64,000 nt of DNA from a virus (IMGVR_UViG_3300023202_000137:26758-90757), one strand, 5' to 3'. Shown: positions 47,505 through 56,541, counted from the stretch's first letter. A program made the numbers and translations. The notes: generated by a model not told the origin, from the letters alone.

Positions 47505-49511
47505 CTATACAACCTCCTCGATATCCGAAAGATTGTAGAGCCCGAGACTGTTGGCTGCTACTGCGTCGTCATCCAGTAGCTTGATGGTAGTTGGATTCAC
47601 CCCAACCGCGTCGATGGTGTAGCCGTTGACCACGTCGGCTGTCGTTCCGATTGGTTGTTTGACCGACGCCCCGCCAGGGGAGAACGCCCCAGCCTGTAGT
47701 TTGGTGAAGTCCACTACCTCGACTCCAATCTGTACTGTCGATGCAAAGGCGGGAACGACCTTCTGTCGAGGAACAAATCCCCCTAGGTCGTAATCAGCAG
47801 AACCAGAGATCACAGTTGTCTCGGTGTTGGCCAAGTTGGTCGCTGAAAGATTCTCGAAGCTGAAAACACCCTTCTCCGTTGGCACGGTCTCATCGACCCT
47901 GAGATCGCGCGACCAGTTACTGGGCCCCCCAGTGAACCCGCCTCCCTGGAAAACCCCTCTGTTTCCGCCAGAGTCTGCAGCAAGGCTCGGTGCTGACAGT
48001 AGGGGTTGTGAGGACTGCACCACGACGCTGTGATCTTGAGCTGCTGTCCCGTCGTTTCCGCCAGAACGAAGTCGTGCTGCAGGCAGTCCGATAGTTACGA
48101 CTGCTGGCGTATCCGCAATGACGACAACTCCAGACACAGTGGCCTGAGATCCGTTTGCGTTTCGGGTAAGGGTGTAGCGGAAGTTTTGGGTGGCGTCGTT
48201 GAAGACTCCCGGGTTTTGACTCGTAACCTGTTTGGCAGCTTCAAAAGTAGTGTCATTGGCTATTGTAATCTGTGTTCCGGTTGGATCTACGTACTGGATT
48301 GAATCGAAATCGTTGGCAGTATGGTTGACCGTTGCTTGCTCGACCCCCTTGAGCGCGGCTTGAGGAACAGGGTAGTCGATGCTTCCAATCGAACCTGTTG
48401 GGCGAAGGTTGTTGAGGTTGACCACGTCAACACCATCGACGCCACCCCCACCAACGTTGGTGTCGCGAGCTGCGGAGAATGCACCGGTTACGCTATCGCG
48501 TACTCGTACTTGCGCAGATAATAGTTGTGCAACATCCCCTTGGTCTTCTGCTGCAATCTGCACTGTTACCGGTCCGACTGTTGGTGCAACAGGGACAGAC
48601 ACAAACTTGGAAGCCCCAAAGGCCAAGATCTCTACCAGATCGAAGGACTTGTCCGCTGCCACCTGAAGATCAAAGGAGTCATCTTCTTTCAACTCGCTCT
48701 GTAGTCCTCCGGGCCCGGTTGGGTACGGACCTGCGAAGTTTGCCTGCGTGAGGGTTGGAGGCGATTCGAGCGTTACAGCTACGGTGTCCTCTGCAGTGGG
48801 GTCGCCGTCCGGCCCGATGGATACCGCTACGATGTCCCCCGTACCCGCAATCGTGATCGGTACCGTTCCAGAAAAGAATCCGCCCGATACATCCCGTGCA
48901 AGTGTTGCCGGTGTTCCGTCCACTTGCACGAGCGGAAACCCAGAACGTACTGCAACTTCAATCGAAGCATCACTGACCGTAACGCTTTGAAGGACCGTGG
49001 CACCTGCGTCCTGGAAGGTTTTGGTTCCGGCAGAGCCACCAGGAACACTCACGTCCTCGATGTAGATCCACCCACCAGCACCAGACCCTGCACCGATAGG
49101 CAACTGCAACTTCTCGTCACCACCGACGGTGTCCGGCTTCACGAAGAACGAGTTTCCATCCTTGTCCACCAGCTTGGCCTGCAGCCCACTAGGTGTCGTG
49201 TCTCCTGGAGTCACCTGCACCGCGATATCTGTTGACGACCCTGGTGCAGAAATTTCGATTCGTAGATTCCCGCCACCAATGTCCACGACATTGAATGCGA
49301 TACCGGAACCGGCCTGGAGTTTGTCTTCCAGAAACCCTGTCACTGCGTCGGCCAGGCTGACCTTCACAGATTCATTTAGATCTGGAGTACCTTCCAGAGC
49401 GTTGGCCAGAGATATGACCTCGTTGAGTACGCTGCGAAGACTCTCACCCTCGGATGGTGTGAGCTTTGCGCCACCGCTGAAAAAGCCAAAGGGTATTGGG
49501 TCGATTGGCAT
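47505..49511 (-). CDS. Putative head fibre with Ig-like domains
   Basis: Start moved to ATG 49511 (GGAG RBS). N-terminus resembles the repeats of 28783..29364; VKVS..D...GFL..KL.AG fibre repeats; V/T/G-rich beta domains. Confidence 0.6.
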   Translation of the reverse strand: MPIDPIPFGFFSGGAKLTPSEGESLRSVLNEVISLANALEGTPDLNESVKVSLADAVTGFLEDKLQAGSGIAFNVVDIGGGNLRIEISAPGSSTDIAVQVTPGDTTPSGLQAKLVDKDGNSFFVKPDTVGGDEKLQLPIGAGSGAGGWIYIEDVSVPGGSAGTKTFQDAGATVLQSVTVSDASIEVAVRSGFPLVQVDGTPATLARDVSGGFFSGTVPITIAGTGDIVAVSIGPDGDPTAEDTVAVTLESPPTLTQANFAGPYPTGPGGLQSELKEDDSFDLQVAADKSFDLVEILAFGASKFVSVPVAPTVGPVTVQIAAEDQGDVAQLLSAQVRVRDSVTGAFSAARDTNVGGGGVDGVDVVNLNNLRPTGSIGSIDYPVPQAALKGVEQATVNHTANDFDSIQYVDPTGTQITIANDTTFEAAKQVTSQNPGVFNDATQNFRYTLTRNANGSQATVSGVVVIADTPAVVTIGLPAARLRSGGNDGTAAQDHSVVVQSSQPLLSAPSLAADSGGNRGVFQGGGFTGGPSNWSRDLRVDETVPTEKGVFSFENLSATNLANTETTVISGSADYDLGGFVPRQKVVPAFASTVQIGVEVVDFTKLQAGAFSPGGASVKQPIGTTADVVNGYTIDAVGVNPTTIKLLDDDAVAANSLGLYNLSDIEEVV

Positions 49512-49571
49512 CGTTGCTCCAGTCGTAGCACATTCTTGCGCGCTCGGGGAAGGCAGAGGTATAGGTCGAGA

Positions 49572-49805
49572 ATGACTGACTTTGATGGACACCTTTTTTT
49601 CTTTGATTCAATCCAACATGCCGAACGCTGGGACAGGCAACACCTGAAGCAGAGCCGGGAACGAAAGCGCCAGGAAGATGAGCGTTATGCAAAACAGCGC
49701 ATGGAGGAACGCTTAGAAGAGAGCAGAAGCTGGCGGGAAAAAACAGGCTACAACTGGACACCTCGCCCATCCCTCATGCTACATTCCCAAGGTGAGCGCA
49801 CGTAG
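49572..49805 (+). CDS. Hypothetical protein
   Basis: ATG at 49572, divergent from the virion operon; first of three overlapping plus-strand ORFs. Confidence 0.4.
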   Translation: MTDFDGHLFFFDSIQHAERWDRQHLKQSRERKRQEDERYAKQRMEERLEESRSWREKTGYNWTPRPSLMLHSQGERT

Positions 49806-50304
49806 ACACCGCACGATCAACTGGGTCGCTTTGGTGACCGCCATTGGTGCTGGTGTTGGTAGCGGTGTTCAAGCCTACACTGGCGGCACGACTGAAGAGT
49901 CCCTCAAGCAAGTGATGTCTGCAGAGCTTGCGGCGTACCGTGAATGGCGTCGTGCGACTATCGAAGATCTCAAACACCTAGAGTCAACGAAAGAAACCTT
50001 GCAGGCGGAAGTAGCTGCCCTCAAAGCCGTCGTTGGTCTTTTGTCGAAGGGCAATCGTCGGGATGCGAAGCCAATCCTAGAAGCGCTTGAGCAACCACCT
50101 GGGGTGTCTGCCGATGATGAAGTAGAGGTCATCGGCATCGAGCGCAAAGGACCCCGCAACAGACCGAGTGCAACCAAGGTAAATAGAAAGATCAAACTGA
50201 AGTCTATGAGCAGCGAGAAACCTTCCCACAAACAAGTTCAACAGGTCAGGCAAGAGCTGTTTAAGGACGCCGGGGTTGCAGAGGATGTCAAAGATGGAAA
50301 TTGA
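49792..50304 (+). CDS. Membrane-anchored coiled-coil protein
   Basis: N-terminal hydrophobic WVALVTAIGAGVG segment followed by heptads. Confidence 0.6.
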   Translation: MSARRHRTINWVALVTAIGAGVGSGVQAYTGGTTEESLKQVMSAELAAYREWRRATIEDLKHLESTKETLQAEVAALKAVVGLLSKGNRRDAKPILEALEQPPGVSADDEVEVIGIERKGPRNRPSATKVNRKIKLKSMSSEKPSHKQVQQVRQELFKDAGVAEDVKDGN

Positions 50305-50506
50305 GCAGCTAGAATCTCGGATCGCTCTATTGGAGAGTGCGAGGTTTCGTCAGCAAGAAGATTCTGCAAAGGTACTCGCAGCAATCGAAGATATGAAAGA
50401 GCAGCATCGTCGCTACGCCGAAGCACACTCCCAAGAGTTAGGTCGAGTCTACGATTTTCTAGTCAAAGGAAATCACACCCAGGGGAACGGGCAAGATCAC
50501 ACCTGA
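50294..50506 (+). CDS. Small coiled-coil protein
   Basis: MEIEQLESRIALLE; overlaps the upstream stop. Confidence 0.55.
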   Translation: MEIEQLESRIALLESARFRQQEDSAKVLAAIEDMKEQHRRYAEAHSQELGRVYDFLVKGNHTQGNGQDHT

Positions 50507-50892
50507 CAGGCAGCGGCCTCGATGAACGGAAGCACAGCCGGGCAATAGGAATAGCTGGGCAGATGCTCAGGCGGAACCCAGGCCACGTTCTTGATCGCCT
50601 CCGGGTCACTGCGCAGAGCTTGTCTGCATTTTGCCTTGAACACTCGCAGCTCAACTGTCACATCTGAGTAGTTGTGCAGGTTCGATCCGACTGGCCCTAG
50701 AATCTCTGCCTCTACCCCTAGTTCCTCTGCAAGCTCCCTGCGCAGCGCATCGGCACACGTCTCCCCCTGTTCCACCTTTCCACCTGGAAGCTCCCAAAGC
50801 CCACCCCTGGGTTTATGCTCGGCTCTTTGGGTGATGAGGATTCGGCCCTCGCTGTCTATGAGCAGGCCTGCGGCAACGGTAACTGGTCCCAT
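50497..50892 (-). CDS. Nudix hydrolase, MutT/NudG-like
   Basis: Complete Nudix box GGKVEQGETCADALRRELAEELG; start uncertain. Confidence 0.92.
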   Translation of the reverse strand: MGPVTVAAGLLIDSEGRILITQRAEHKPRGGLWELPGGKVEQGETCADALRRELAEELGVEAEILGPVGSNLHNYSDVTVELRVFKAKCRQALRSDPEAIKNVAWVPPEHLPSYSYCPAVLPFIEAAACQV

Positions 50893-50899
50893 GCCTCTA

Positions 50900-51469
50900 C
50901 TATACTTCATCCCCCCAGGCGGTCCAGCCTTGGCCTTCACTCCGGGCGAACATCTCCAGATATGGTCCGGGGCTTGTCTTCTCGATCAAGTCGTACGATT
51001 CCTGGGGCTTCTGACTATGCTTCTTTGTTCGCTCTGCAAAGATGACACTGGGTGGGGCCTTGTCTGGTTTCATGAAGTCGCCACGAACCCCAAAGAGCAT
51101 CAGCTCATGGGAACCTCGAAGGTACTGCCCTAGTCCGATCTGAACTGCCGACCTCGCGACTTGGATTGTGGTCAGCCCGCCCTCTTTGGGGCCGTACACC
51201 CCACGCTCCCAGAGCTTCACCCAGGCAACGTTGGTCACGTACCGAAATCCAATTTGCTCCATGAGCCACATGCCTTTTGCAAGGTAGTTGTTTGTCACCC
51301 ACATCCAGCAGTGCGCGCTAGGAGCAATGGTTCCCCACACCCCAGAGTCAAAGATCGCTTTGGGCATCTTTCGTACGGGCATCACCTTGTAGTGGCGGTC
51401 GGCTCCGCGCTTTATCTTACCCGCCCCTCGTTCCGGCCACGGTGGGTCGAGCATCACGCATGAATTCAT
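50900..51469 (-). CDS. MT-A70 family N6-adenine methyltransferase
   Basis: DPPW, MWVTNN, GF.Y.....W.K, GLGQYLRGSHE, HSQKP, YLEMFAR...GW..WGDE. Confidence 0.92.
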   Translation of the reverse strand: MNSCVMLDPPWPERGAGKIKRGADRHYKVMPVRKMPKAIFDSGVWGTIAPSAHCWMWVTNNYLAKGMWLMEQIGFRYVTNVAWVKLWERGVYGPKEGGLTTIQVARSAVQIGLGQYLRGSHELMLFGVRGDFMKPDKAPPSVIFAERTKKHSQKPQESYDLIEKTSPGPYLEMFARSEGQGWTAWGDEV

Positions 51470-51681
51470 GATTCTTTCCTTTTCAACCTCGCCGACCACT
51501 TCCGAAACTTGTTGGCCGCTGCGAGTATTTCTTTCTTGGCTTGGGCCTCGGTCCAGTTGAGGTTCATCGGCCTATCGCAGTTGCCGCAGAGAAACTCACT
51601 GTCATCGAGTTTATCTGCCAGGGCTTCTGCGTCTCGCGCCATGGAGTCGAGTTGGTTCGCAATCCTTAATGCCTTGGTCAT
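51466..51681 (-). CDS. Hypothetical protein
   Basis: ATGA-coupled at both ends; 71 aa, CGNC. Confidence 0.55.
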   Translation of the reverse strand: MTKALRIANQLDSMARDAEALADKLDDSEFLCGNCDRPMNLNWTEAQAKKEILAAANKFRKWSARLKRKES

Positions 51682-52325
51682 CGGTACCTGCCCCAGCGTT
51701 CTAGCCATGCCCCAAGGTCGTAGGCACCGTGCATAGCCAAGAGCCGTAGCCCCTCTTTCACTTGGCCGTTCAAGATCATCAAGGCAATCGGGATGAGATA
51801 GGGCATGGGGGAGTAGGCAGTAGGCAGCCCAACTTCTGCAGAAAGCCTGTCTAGGTCTGGCAGTATTCTCTCGAAGTATTTCGTAGCGTCGCTGACCAGC
51901 ACGCGCTTGCCTGATCCACCTCCGCAATCCTCTGCAGGGCTGAAAACGTAGTAGGCTCTGCAGGCATGGGGGCGGAATGCGTAGACCATGCACTCATCCC
52001 TCTCTTGGTCGAGAAAGGCGCAGGGTCGTTTTGCGTCGAACCAGTTCGTGGTTGTCATTTTTGGATCTTGAACCAGTATCGCGTCCTCAATGATTTGATC
52101 TTTCTTTTCTTCTGCCCACTCTTCAGCCTTCCCAAGCCTGTCCAACTCCAACAGAGCGCCCATTGCCTCGGGGAGCGAAGCAGTCACCGTCATGTAGCAG
52201 CAGTGTGTGCAACCCTTCCGGCAGCTTGGCCCTCGCCCAAGTTCCTCTTGGGATCTTTTCAAGCGACCCTGGGCGAACTCATCCACCGTGTTGTTTAGAA
52301 CTCTCAGCTTTGCTTTGAAGGTCAT
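51678..52325 (-). CDS. YkgJ family cysteine-cluster (Fe-S/Zn) protein
   Basis: CRKGCTHCC...CAFL....C.VY..RP..CR.Y. Confidence 0.9.
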   Translation of the reverse strand: MTFKAKLRVLNNTVDEFAQGRLKRSQEELGRGPSCRKGCTHCCYMTVTASLPEAMGALLELDRLGKAEEWAEEKKDQIIEDAILVQDPKMTTTNWFDAKRPCAFLDQERDECMVYAFRPHACRAYYVFSPAEDCGGGSGKRVLVSDATKYFERILPDLDRLSAEVGLPTAYSPMPYLIPIALMILNGQVKEGLRLLAMHGAYDLGAWLERWGRYR

Positions 52326-52343
52326 TGCCTCCCTCGCTTTCTT

Positions 52344-52795
52344 TTATGGGAACGCTAGGTGCTGCATCCCATCTAAAAAGTTCCCCGCGTTTTTTTTGCC
52401 GACTCTGAAGTATTGAGGCCCGGAAGGGTCGGGTCGCACGGATGAGTTGGGCATCGCAACCCCCTGTGGTGCTTGCTTGTTTGTCAGCCAGTCCCCCCAT
52501 TGTTTGAAGAAAAATGGGGTGTTGGTTTCGAGGCAGGCGTCTCGGATGCATTGGGCCCATGCTGGGTTCATCACCAGCGATAATCCAGTCGACCTTCGGA
52601 TGCCCTGGGTTCCACATCCACTCGCACTGGGAGGTGAGCGTCGTCGCGTGTTCTGCGCTTCTATGGCGGACGTGTTCGAGGGCAGGCGGGACCTGGATTG
52701 TAGAGCCGCCACTTCTGGGGGATCAACTCATCAACTAGCTCGATGCGCTTGGTTAGAAGCAGCCAGTCCAGGTGTGGGGTCTGCTCAACCAGGTC
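52344..52795 (-). pseudogene. Rearranged DUF5131 (phage Gp37/Gp68) pseudogene
   Basis: Minus-strand fragments DLVEQTPHLDWLLLTKR, VDWIIAG and MNPAW...PFFFKQWG...GKKNAG..LDG are not in one frame; the N-terminal motif RRRVFCASMADVFE lies on the plus strand between them. Confidence 0.8.
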
Positions 52796-53007
52796 GCTGC
52801 CCCGTCAGGCATGTTTGACACTAGGTCGTCTGCGATGGCTTTCTCTGTCGCTCCGCTCACCAGCAGAACATCGCATTGCAGCCCGGGTAGATCTTGCTTC
52901 ATGATGTAGATCGGATTCCCCTTGTTCAGCTCCTCAATGTTTTTGTGCGTGATTCCTAGCACCAACATTTTCCCGCCGCCCCCTTTGCCTATGACTCCTT
53001 TAACCAT
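52753..53007 (-). CDS. Hypothetical protein (3' end runs into the DUF5131 remnant)
   Basis: LGITHKNIEEL..G.PI motif; AAGGAAG RBS. Confidence 0.55.
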   Translation of the reverse strand: MVKGVIGKGGGGKMLVLGITHKNIEELNKGNPIYIMKQDLPGLQCDVLLVSGATEKAIADDLVSNMPDGAATWLSRPHTWTGCF

Positions 53008-53290
53008 CGTCGTCTTCCTTCAGTTCTGTCCCAGGATCTTCCCAACCCAGTTCACCTGTTGCCTCAGCGGGCCGGTCGTCTGGTTTGAGAATCCAAATGA
53101 TGTTTCTGTTTTTTCGCTTCTCAACTAGCTGCACGACTCGCACGACGTTGCGGTCGAGTACGATTAGCTCGTTTGGCTCGGGGCAGGGATCTCCATTGTC
53201 TATCCCTACGTAGGTCCCGCTTCCTCGCCTCGCTGGCCAATACCCTCGACTGTAGAACTGCCTAAATACTGGCGGTGGTTCCACGATCAT
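53000..53290 (-). CDS. Hypothetical protein
   Basis: 96 aa, AAGGAG RBS. Confidence 0.5.
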   Translation of the reverse strand: MIVEPPPVFRQFYSRGYWPARRGSGTYVGIDNGDPCPEPNELIVLDRNVVRVVQLVEKRKNRNIIWILKPDDRPAEATGELGWEDPGTELKEDDDG

Positions 53291-53915
53291 GATCGCTCCT
53301 TTCGTACCTCAACCCCTGGGGGTCGATGATGATTTCCTCTTCGCCTCTGGCCTGGATGTAGGCGACCACTTGTCCTTTGGAAGCTCGCGCCTCGATTACT
53401 CGACCCTTGCGACCAAAGCGGTTCGCAAACCACTGCGCTCGATCTCGGTCGAGCGTCCAGCTCCAACCTGCCTCGTTGTGACCCATGCAGCCGCGCCACA
53501 CCCGCAACGGATACACCATCGCCTTGAGGGCTTCTCTCTCCTGTGGCTCCATCATTCGCCAAGCACCTTTGCGAGAGAACACGACTTCAGGCTGCGACTG
53601 GTAGAGATTCTCGGAGTCCACCCAAATCTCCCGAACCAGCTTCCAATACTCGCCGTCGCTGAGTTTTGACGCGATGGAATAGAATGCCTCGAAGCGGTAC
53701 GGCCTCTCGTACAAAAAAACGTAGCTGCTCCATCTCCCCTCTGCTCGGCTCTTGCGGACCTCTGCCCACTTCCAACCGTAGACCTTGTTTAGGTCGTGAT
53801 TCAGTGACGGGCTATAGGGAACCGAGAACACCAGCGGATGCTTGAGGCAAAACCCAAAGCAGTCGCTGTATTCAAGGAATGGTTGCAGATCCGGGTGCAA
53901 GTCTTCCTTGCTCAT
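53262..53915 (-). CDS. Phage protein with ADP-ribosyltransferase-like R-S-ExE motifs
   Basis: VWRG ... GWSWT ... A.WFA ... RGEEEII. Confidence 0.5.
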   Translation of the reverse strand: MSKEDLHPDLQPFLEYSDCFGFCLKHPLVFSVPYSPSLNHDLNKVYGWKWAEVRKSRAEGRWSSYVFLYERPYRFEAFYSIASKLSDGEYWKLVREIWVDSENLYQSQPEVVFSRKGAWRMMEPQEREALKAMVYPLRVWRGCMGHNEAGWSWTLDRDRAQWFANRFGRKGRVIEARASKGQVVAYIQARGEEEIIIDPQGLRYERSDHDRGTTASI

Positions 53916-54400
53916 CGCCACTCCCCAATCTCTCGCAGATGGGATTCCAGCTCTTTCCCGAAGAACGGCAGCAGGCGATGGTAGAGGATCTCGTACGCAT
54001 GCGATGGCCGCTTCTGTATGAGGTCTCCAACCAAGTAGTGGTCCAGCCAGGTCGGCGCCTCATAAAACAGCACCGTTTCGTTGTGCATGTCCCAACACTT
54101 CAAGTCCCAAAGTCGCTCTTTGTACTCATCGCGCGTCAGCTTTTTGTCGCGCAGCTCCTCCCCGATCCACCGTCGAACAGCTTTGCGAGTCTCCGATTCG
54201 TCGAGCACATCCTTCAGCTCTTTGCAGCCGTAGGATAGTTTGCGGATCACGTAGTCGGGGTCGCTCTGGCACCACTCGGAGAGTCGCTGCAGATTTCGAC
54301 CCGCCCCATCGTTCGGCCAGCGATGAGAGTAATCGCCCCAATCACTTTGGACCTGAAAGGTGAAGGCAGAACCGTCTACCGTGAAGATGGCCACCCGCAC
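53912..54400 (-). CDS. Hypothetical protein
   Basis: 162 aa; SDWGDYS..W and DY...KL motifs. Confidence 0.55.
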   Translation of the reverse strand: MRVAIFTVDGSAFTFQVQSDWGDYSHRWPNDGAGRNLQRLSEWCQSDPDYVIRKLSYGCKELKDVLDESETRKAVRRWIGEELRDKKLTRDEYKERLWDLKCWDMHNETVLFYEAPTWLDHYLVGDLIQKRPSHAYEILYHRLLPFFGKELESHLREIGEWR

Positions 54401-54898
54401 AACTCACTGAATCGGTACTCGAAGACGAGTGACTGCCTGATTTTCTTGCTGCGTATCTCTAGCTTTGGCAGGTGCTCTGGTGCCTTCCTCATCGCAGCCC
54501 CCGGAACCGCATCAGGTCGTTCGCCGTGAGGCGCTCCAGGAACAGCTCAAGGCGCGCAACGCGTTCGATCAAATACTGTTGGGGGTCGGCTTGCCTCTTC
54601 GCTTCTCTAGCGAGCTTGGTCGCGCGACTGTCGATCTCGGATAGGCTTGGTAGTCTCACTGTGCGCCTCTGCACCCCAGGGAATCGCGACGGGCAACACT
54701 CGGGGGGAGAGCGCTTTCGGTTTTCAACCTAGCCCGTCGCGTGCCTGGACGTGCCAGGCAGGGATCGGTCAACCGATTCCCCTCTGTACCGCTTAGGGTT
54801 TACGCTCGTCAACTAGATTGTGAGGGAAGTTGCTGCCCCCGGTCTCCCAGGGGCAGCGGACCAGACGGCAACCAGACCTTCCAATGGTTGGCTCCACG

Positions 54899-54943
54899 AA
54901 AAAAGCAGGTCGCCATTGCCTGTATTAGCAGGCAATGGTGACC
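54899..54943 (-). terminator. Rho-independent terminator after the HTH gene
   Basis: Minus strand GGTCACCATTGCCTG-CTAATA-CAGGCAATGGCGACC (one mismatch) then TGCTTTTTT. Confidence 0.65.
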
Positions 54944-54978
54944 ATGGAAAGAGGGGGTTGGAGTTGTCGTGCGGGTGG

Positions 54979-55203
54979 TCAGCGAAGCCAGAGTTTACAT
55001 GGGACGCCCGTGATTCGCTCTAGCTCGACAGCCTCGCGGAGAGTTGGGACACGCTTGTCCTGCAAGATCTCTGAGAATCGCGAGGGGTGCATGTCGGCTC
55101 GCTCGGCCAGCCGCCGCTGGGTGTAGTCGTTGCGATCACACCAGCGACGGATTTTGTCTGCGGCCTTAGTCATCCTGCACACCATCGCCGTTGACATCCC
55201 CAT
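54979..55203 (-). CDS. XRE/Cro-like HTH regulator
   Basis: TQRRLAERADMHPSRFSEILQDKRVPTLREAVELERITG. Confidence 0.85.
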   Translation of the reverse strand: MGMSTAMVCRMTKAADKIRRWCDRNDYTQRRLAERADMHPSRFSEILQDKRVPTLREAVELERITGVPCKLWLR

Positions 55204-55513
55204 CCTCAGACACCCAATCTGATACGGTTCGTTCGTACGGCTCCAATGCTCGGGGATTATGTTTTCTGTCCTTCCTTCCGCGTTTGACTAAGGCATCACG
55301 TACTAGCCTCATAATTTCCATGCACTCAGCACGTGCGGCTGACTGAGCCTCTGGCGTCAGCACTGCGTCGGGTCGCATGATCTCTAAAACGTAACTTGTT
55401 GGGTCGCCTTCGAAACGCCTGAGCCCTTGGCGTCGGATCAAACTCACGCGCAATGATCCTACAAATTCTTCTTCAATGATCTCAAAATACATGCTGCCCT
55501 CCCTAGCACTCAA
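55166..55513 (-). CDS. Hypothetical protein
   Basis: ORF in the early operon; start may be at MYFEII. Confidence 0.5.
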   Translation of the reverse strand: MSAREGSMYFEIIEEEFVGSLRVSLIRRQGLRRFEGDPTSYVLEIMRPDAVLTPEAQSAARAECMEIMRLVRDALVKRGRKDRKHNPRALEPYERTVSDWVSEDGDVNGDGVQDD

Positions 55514-55703
55514 TTAGGTTTCCGTGCGACTTTGCCTCGGCCAGTGTCATGTATTCCGCGCTCCGTCGGGCTCCACCCAACAGTGAATACCATTGGACCG
55601 TGTAGGGTAGATGGCGACCAAGCCGGAAGATCATCACTGCGCGGTCTCGACGGTGCCAGAACCCAAGTCCTCGCCCCATGTCTCGATCTTTGATCCACTT
55701 CAT
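55503..55703 (-). CDS. Hypothetical protein
   Basis: ATGA-coupled MKWIKDRD..., 66 aa, GGAGG RBS. Confidence 0.5.
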   Translation of the reverse strand: MKWIKDRDMGRGLGFWHRRDRAVMIFRLGRHLPYTVQWYSLLGGARRSAEYMTLAEAKSHGNLIEC

Positions 55704-56335
55704 GCTGCCACCTCGGCTCCGAAGTGCGGGCGGTTGATGGTGGTTTGCTTCTGGCCTCGGAACTCGGAATGCTGCTTGACCGTGCCACGGATGCGGTAGC
55801 TCTGGCCGATGGAACCGAAGCGACGCGAGCCCCAAATAACCAGCGCGTTGCCGTCGCGGTCCCGCAGATTGTGCAGGTAGCGGCGACCGTAGCGGGTATC
55901 GATCTCGCGAATCCCCTCGATGCAGACAACGGTGCTGAGTCGATCTCCAACACTCCCGACGTGGCGTCCCGGGTTGTCGGCTCGCTCTGCGTTCTCCCGG
56001 GCCCACTGCTGATTGCGCTGGTAGCTCCCCACGATGCTGCAGGCGAGTCCAAGCTCCCGACGGGTAACGGTGGTGTTCTCTGCAAGCTCCACGATCTTGC
56101 GCATGTAGTCACCGCGAGGATTGCTCTCGGAATGCAACCAATCGACTGCCTTCCCAGCGAGCCGCTTGTCGGCTGCAGAGGGCTTGGCCTTGCCGTCGAA
56201 TTCCAGATGGTCCGACACATAGCTCGCCGTGCTTCGCAGTGAGGGGTTGTTGCGTGCCGCTCCACTACTGACCCATCCCTCTTTGCGGATCATCATTGCG
56301 GTGATTTCAAGTACGGTTTTCAGTTGGTAATTCAT
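55700..56335 (-). CDS. Phage protein with C-terminal OB-fold-like domain
   Basis: HVG.VG.R...T.YG...D..GN...W...I.GTVK.H.EF.G.KQT...RP; AAGGGAG RBS. Confidence 0.65.
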   Translation of the reverse strand: MNYQLKTVLEITAMMIRKEGWVSSGAARNNPSLRSTASYVSDHLEFDGKAKPSAADKRLAGKAVDWLHSESNPRGDYMRKIVELAENTTVTRRELGLACSIVGSYQRNQQWARENAERADNPGRHVGSVGDRLSTVVCIEGIREIDTRYGRRYLHNLRDRDGNALVIWGSRRFGSIGQSYRIRGTVKQHSEFRGQKQTTINRPHFGAEVAA

Positions 56336-56367
56336 TGGGTTCTCCCTTTTGGTTTTTGGTTTGGTTG

Positions 56368-56514
56368 TTACTTGGTCGATTCTTGGACTGCGAGGATCAA
56401 CGAGTCGATGTTCGACTCGATAAGCTCGCGCTCGTGCTGGTCCAATCCCTGGCTGGGATGGATTCGGGCGATCACTCGGATTAAGTGCTCTTTCATTGCT
56501 TCAACGTTGCTCAT
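56368..56514 (-). CDS. Small hypothetical protein (48 aa)
   Basis: Manual ORF MSNVEAMKEHLIRV... filling the gap; AAGGA RBS. Confidence 0.5.
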   Translation of the reverse strand: MSNVEAMKEHLIRVIARIHPSQGLDQHERELIESNIDSLILAVQESTK

Positions 56515-56541
56515 TGCCTTGGTCCTTTCCTTGTTTCTTGG

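Noticed and set aside
1-49500. The many plus-strand ORFs in the ORF track
   Set aside because: They are antisense shadows of a tightly packed minus-strand operon and show no recognisable motifs.
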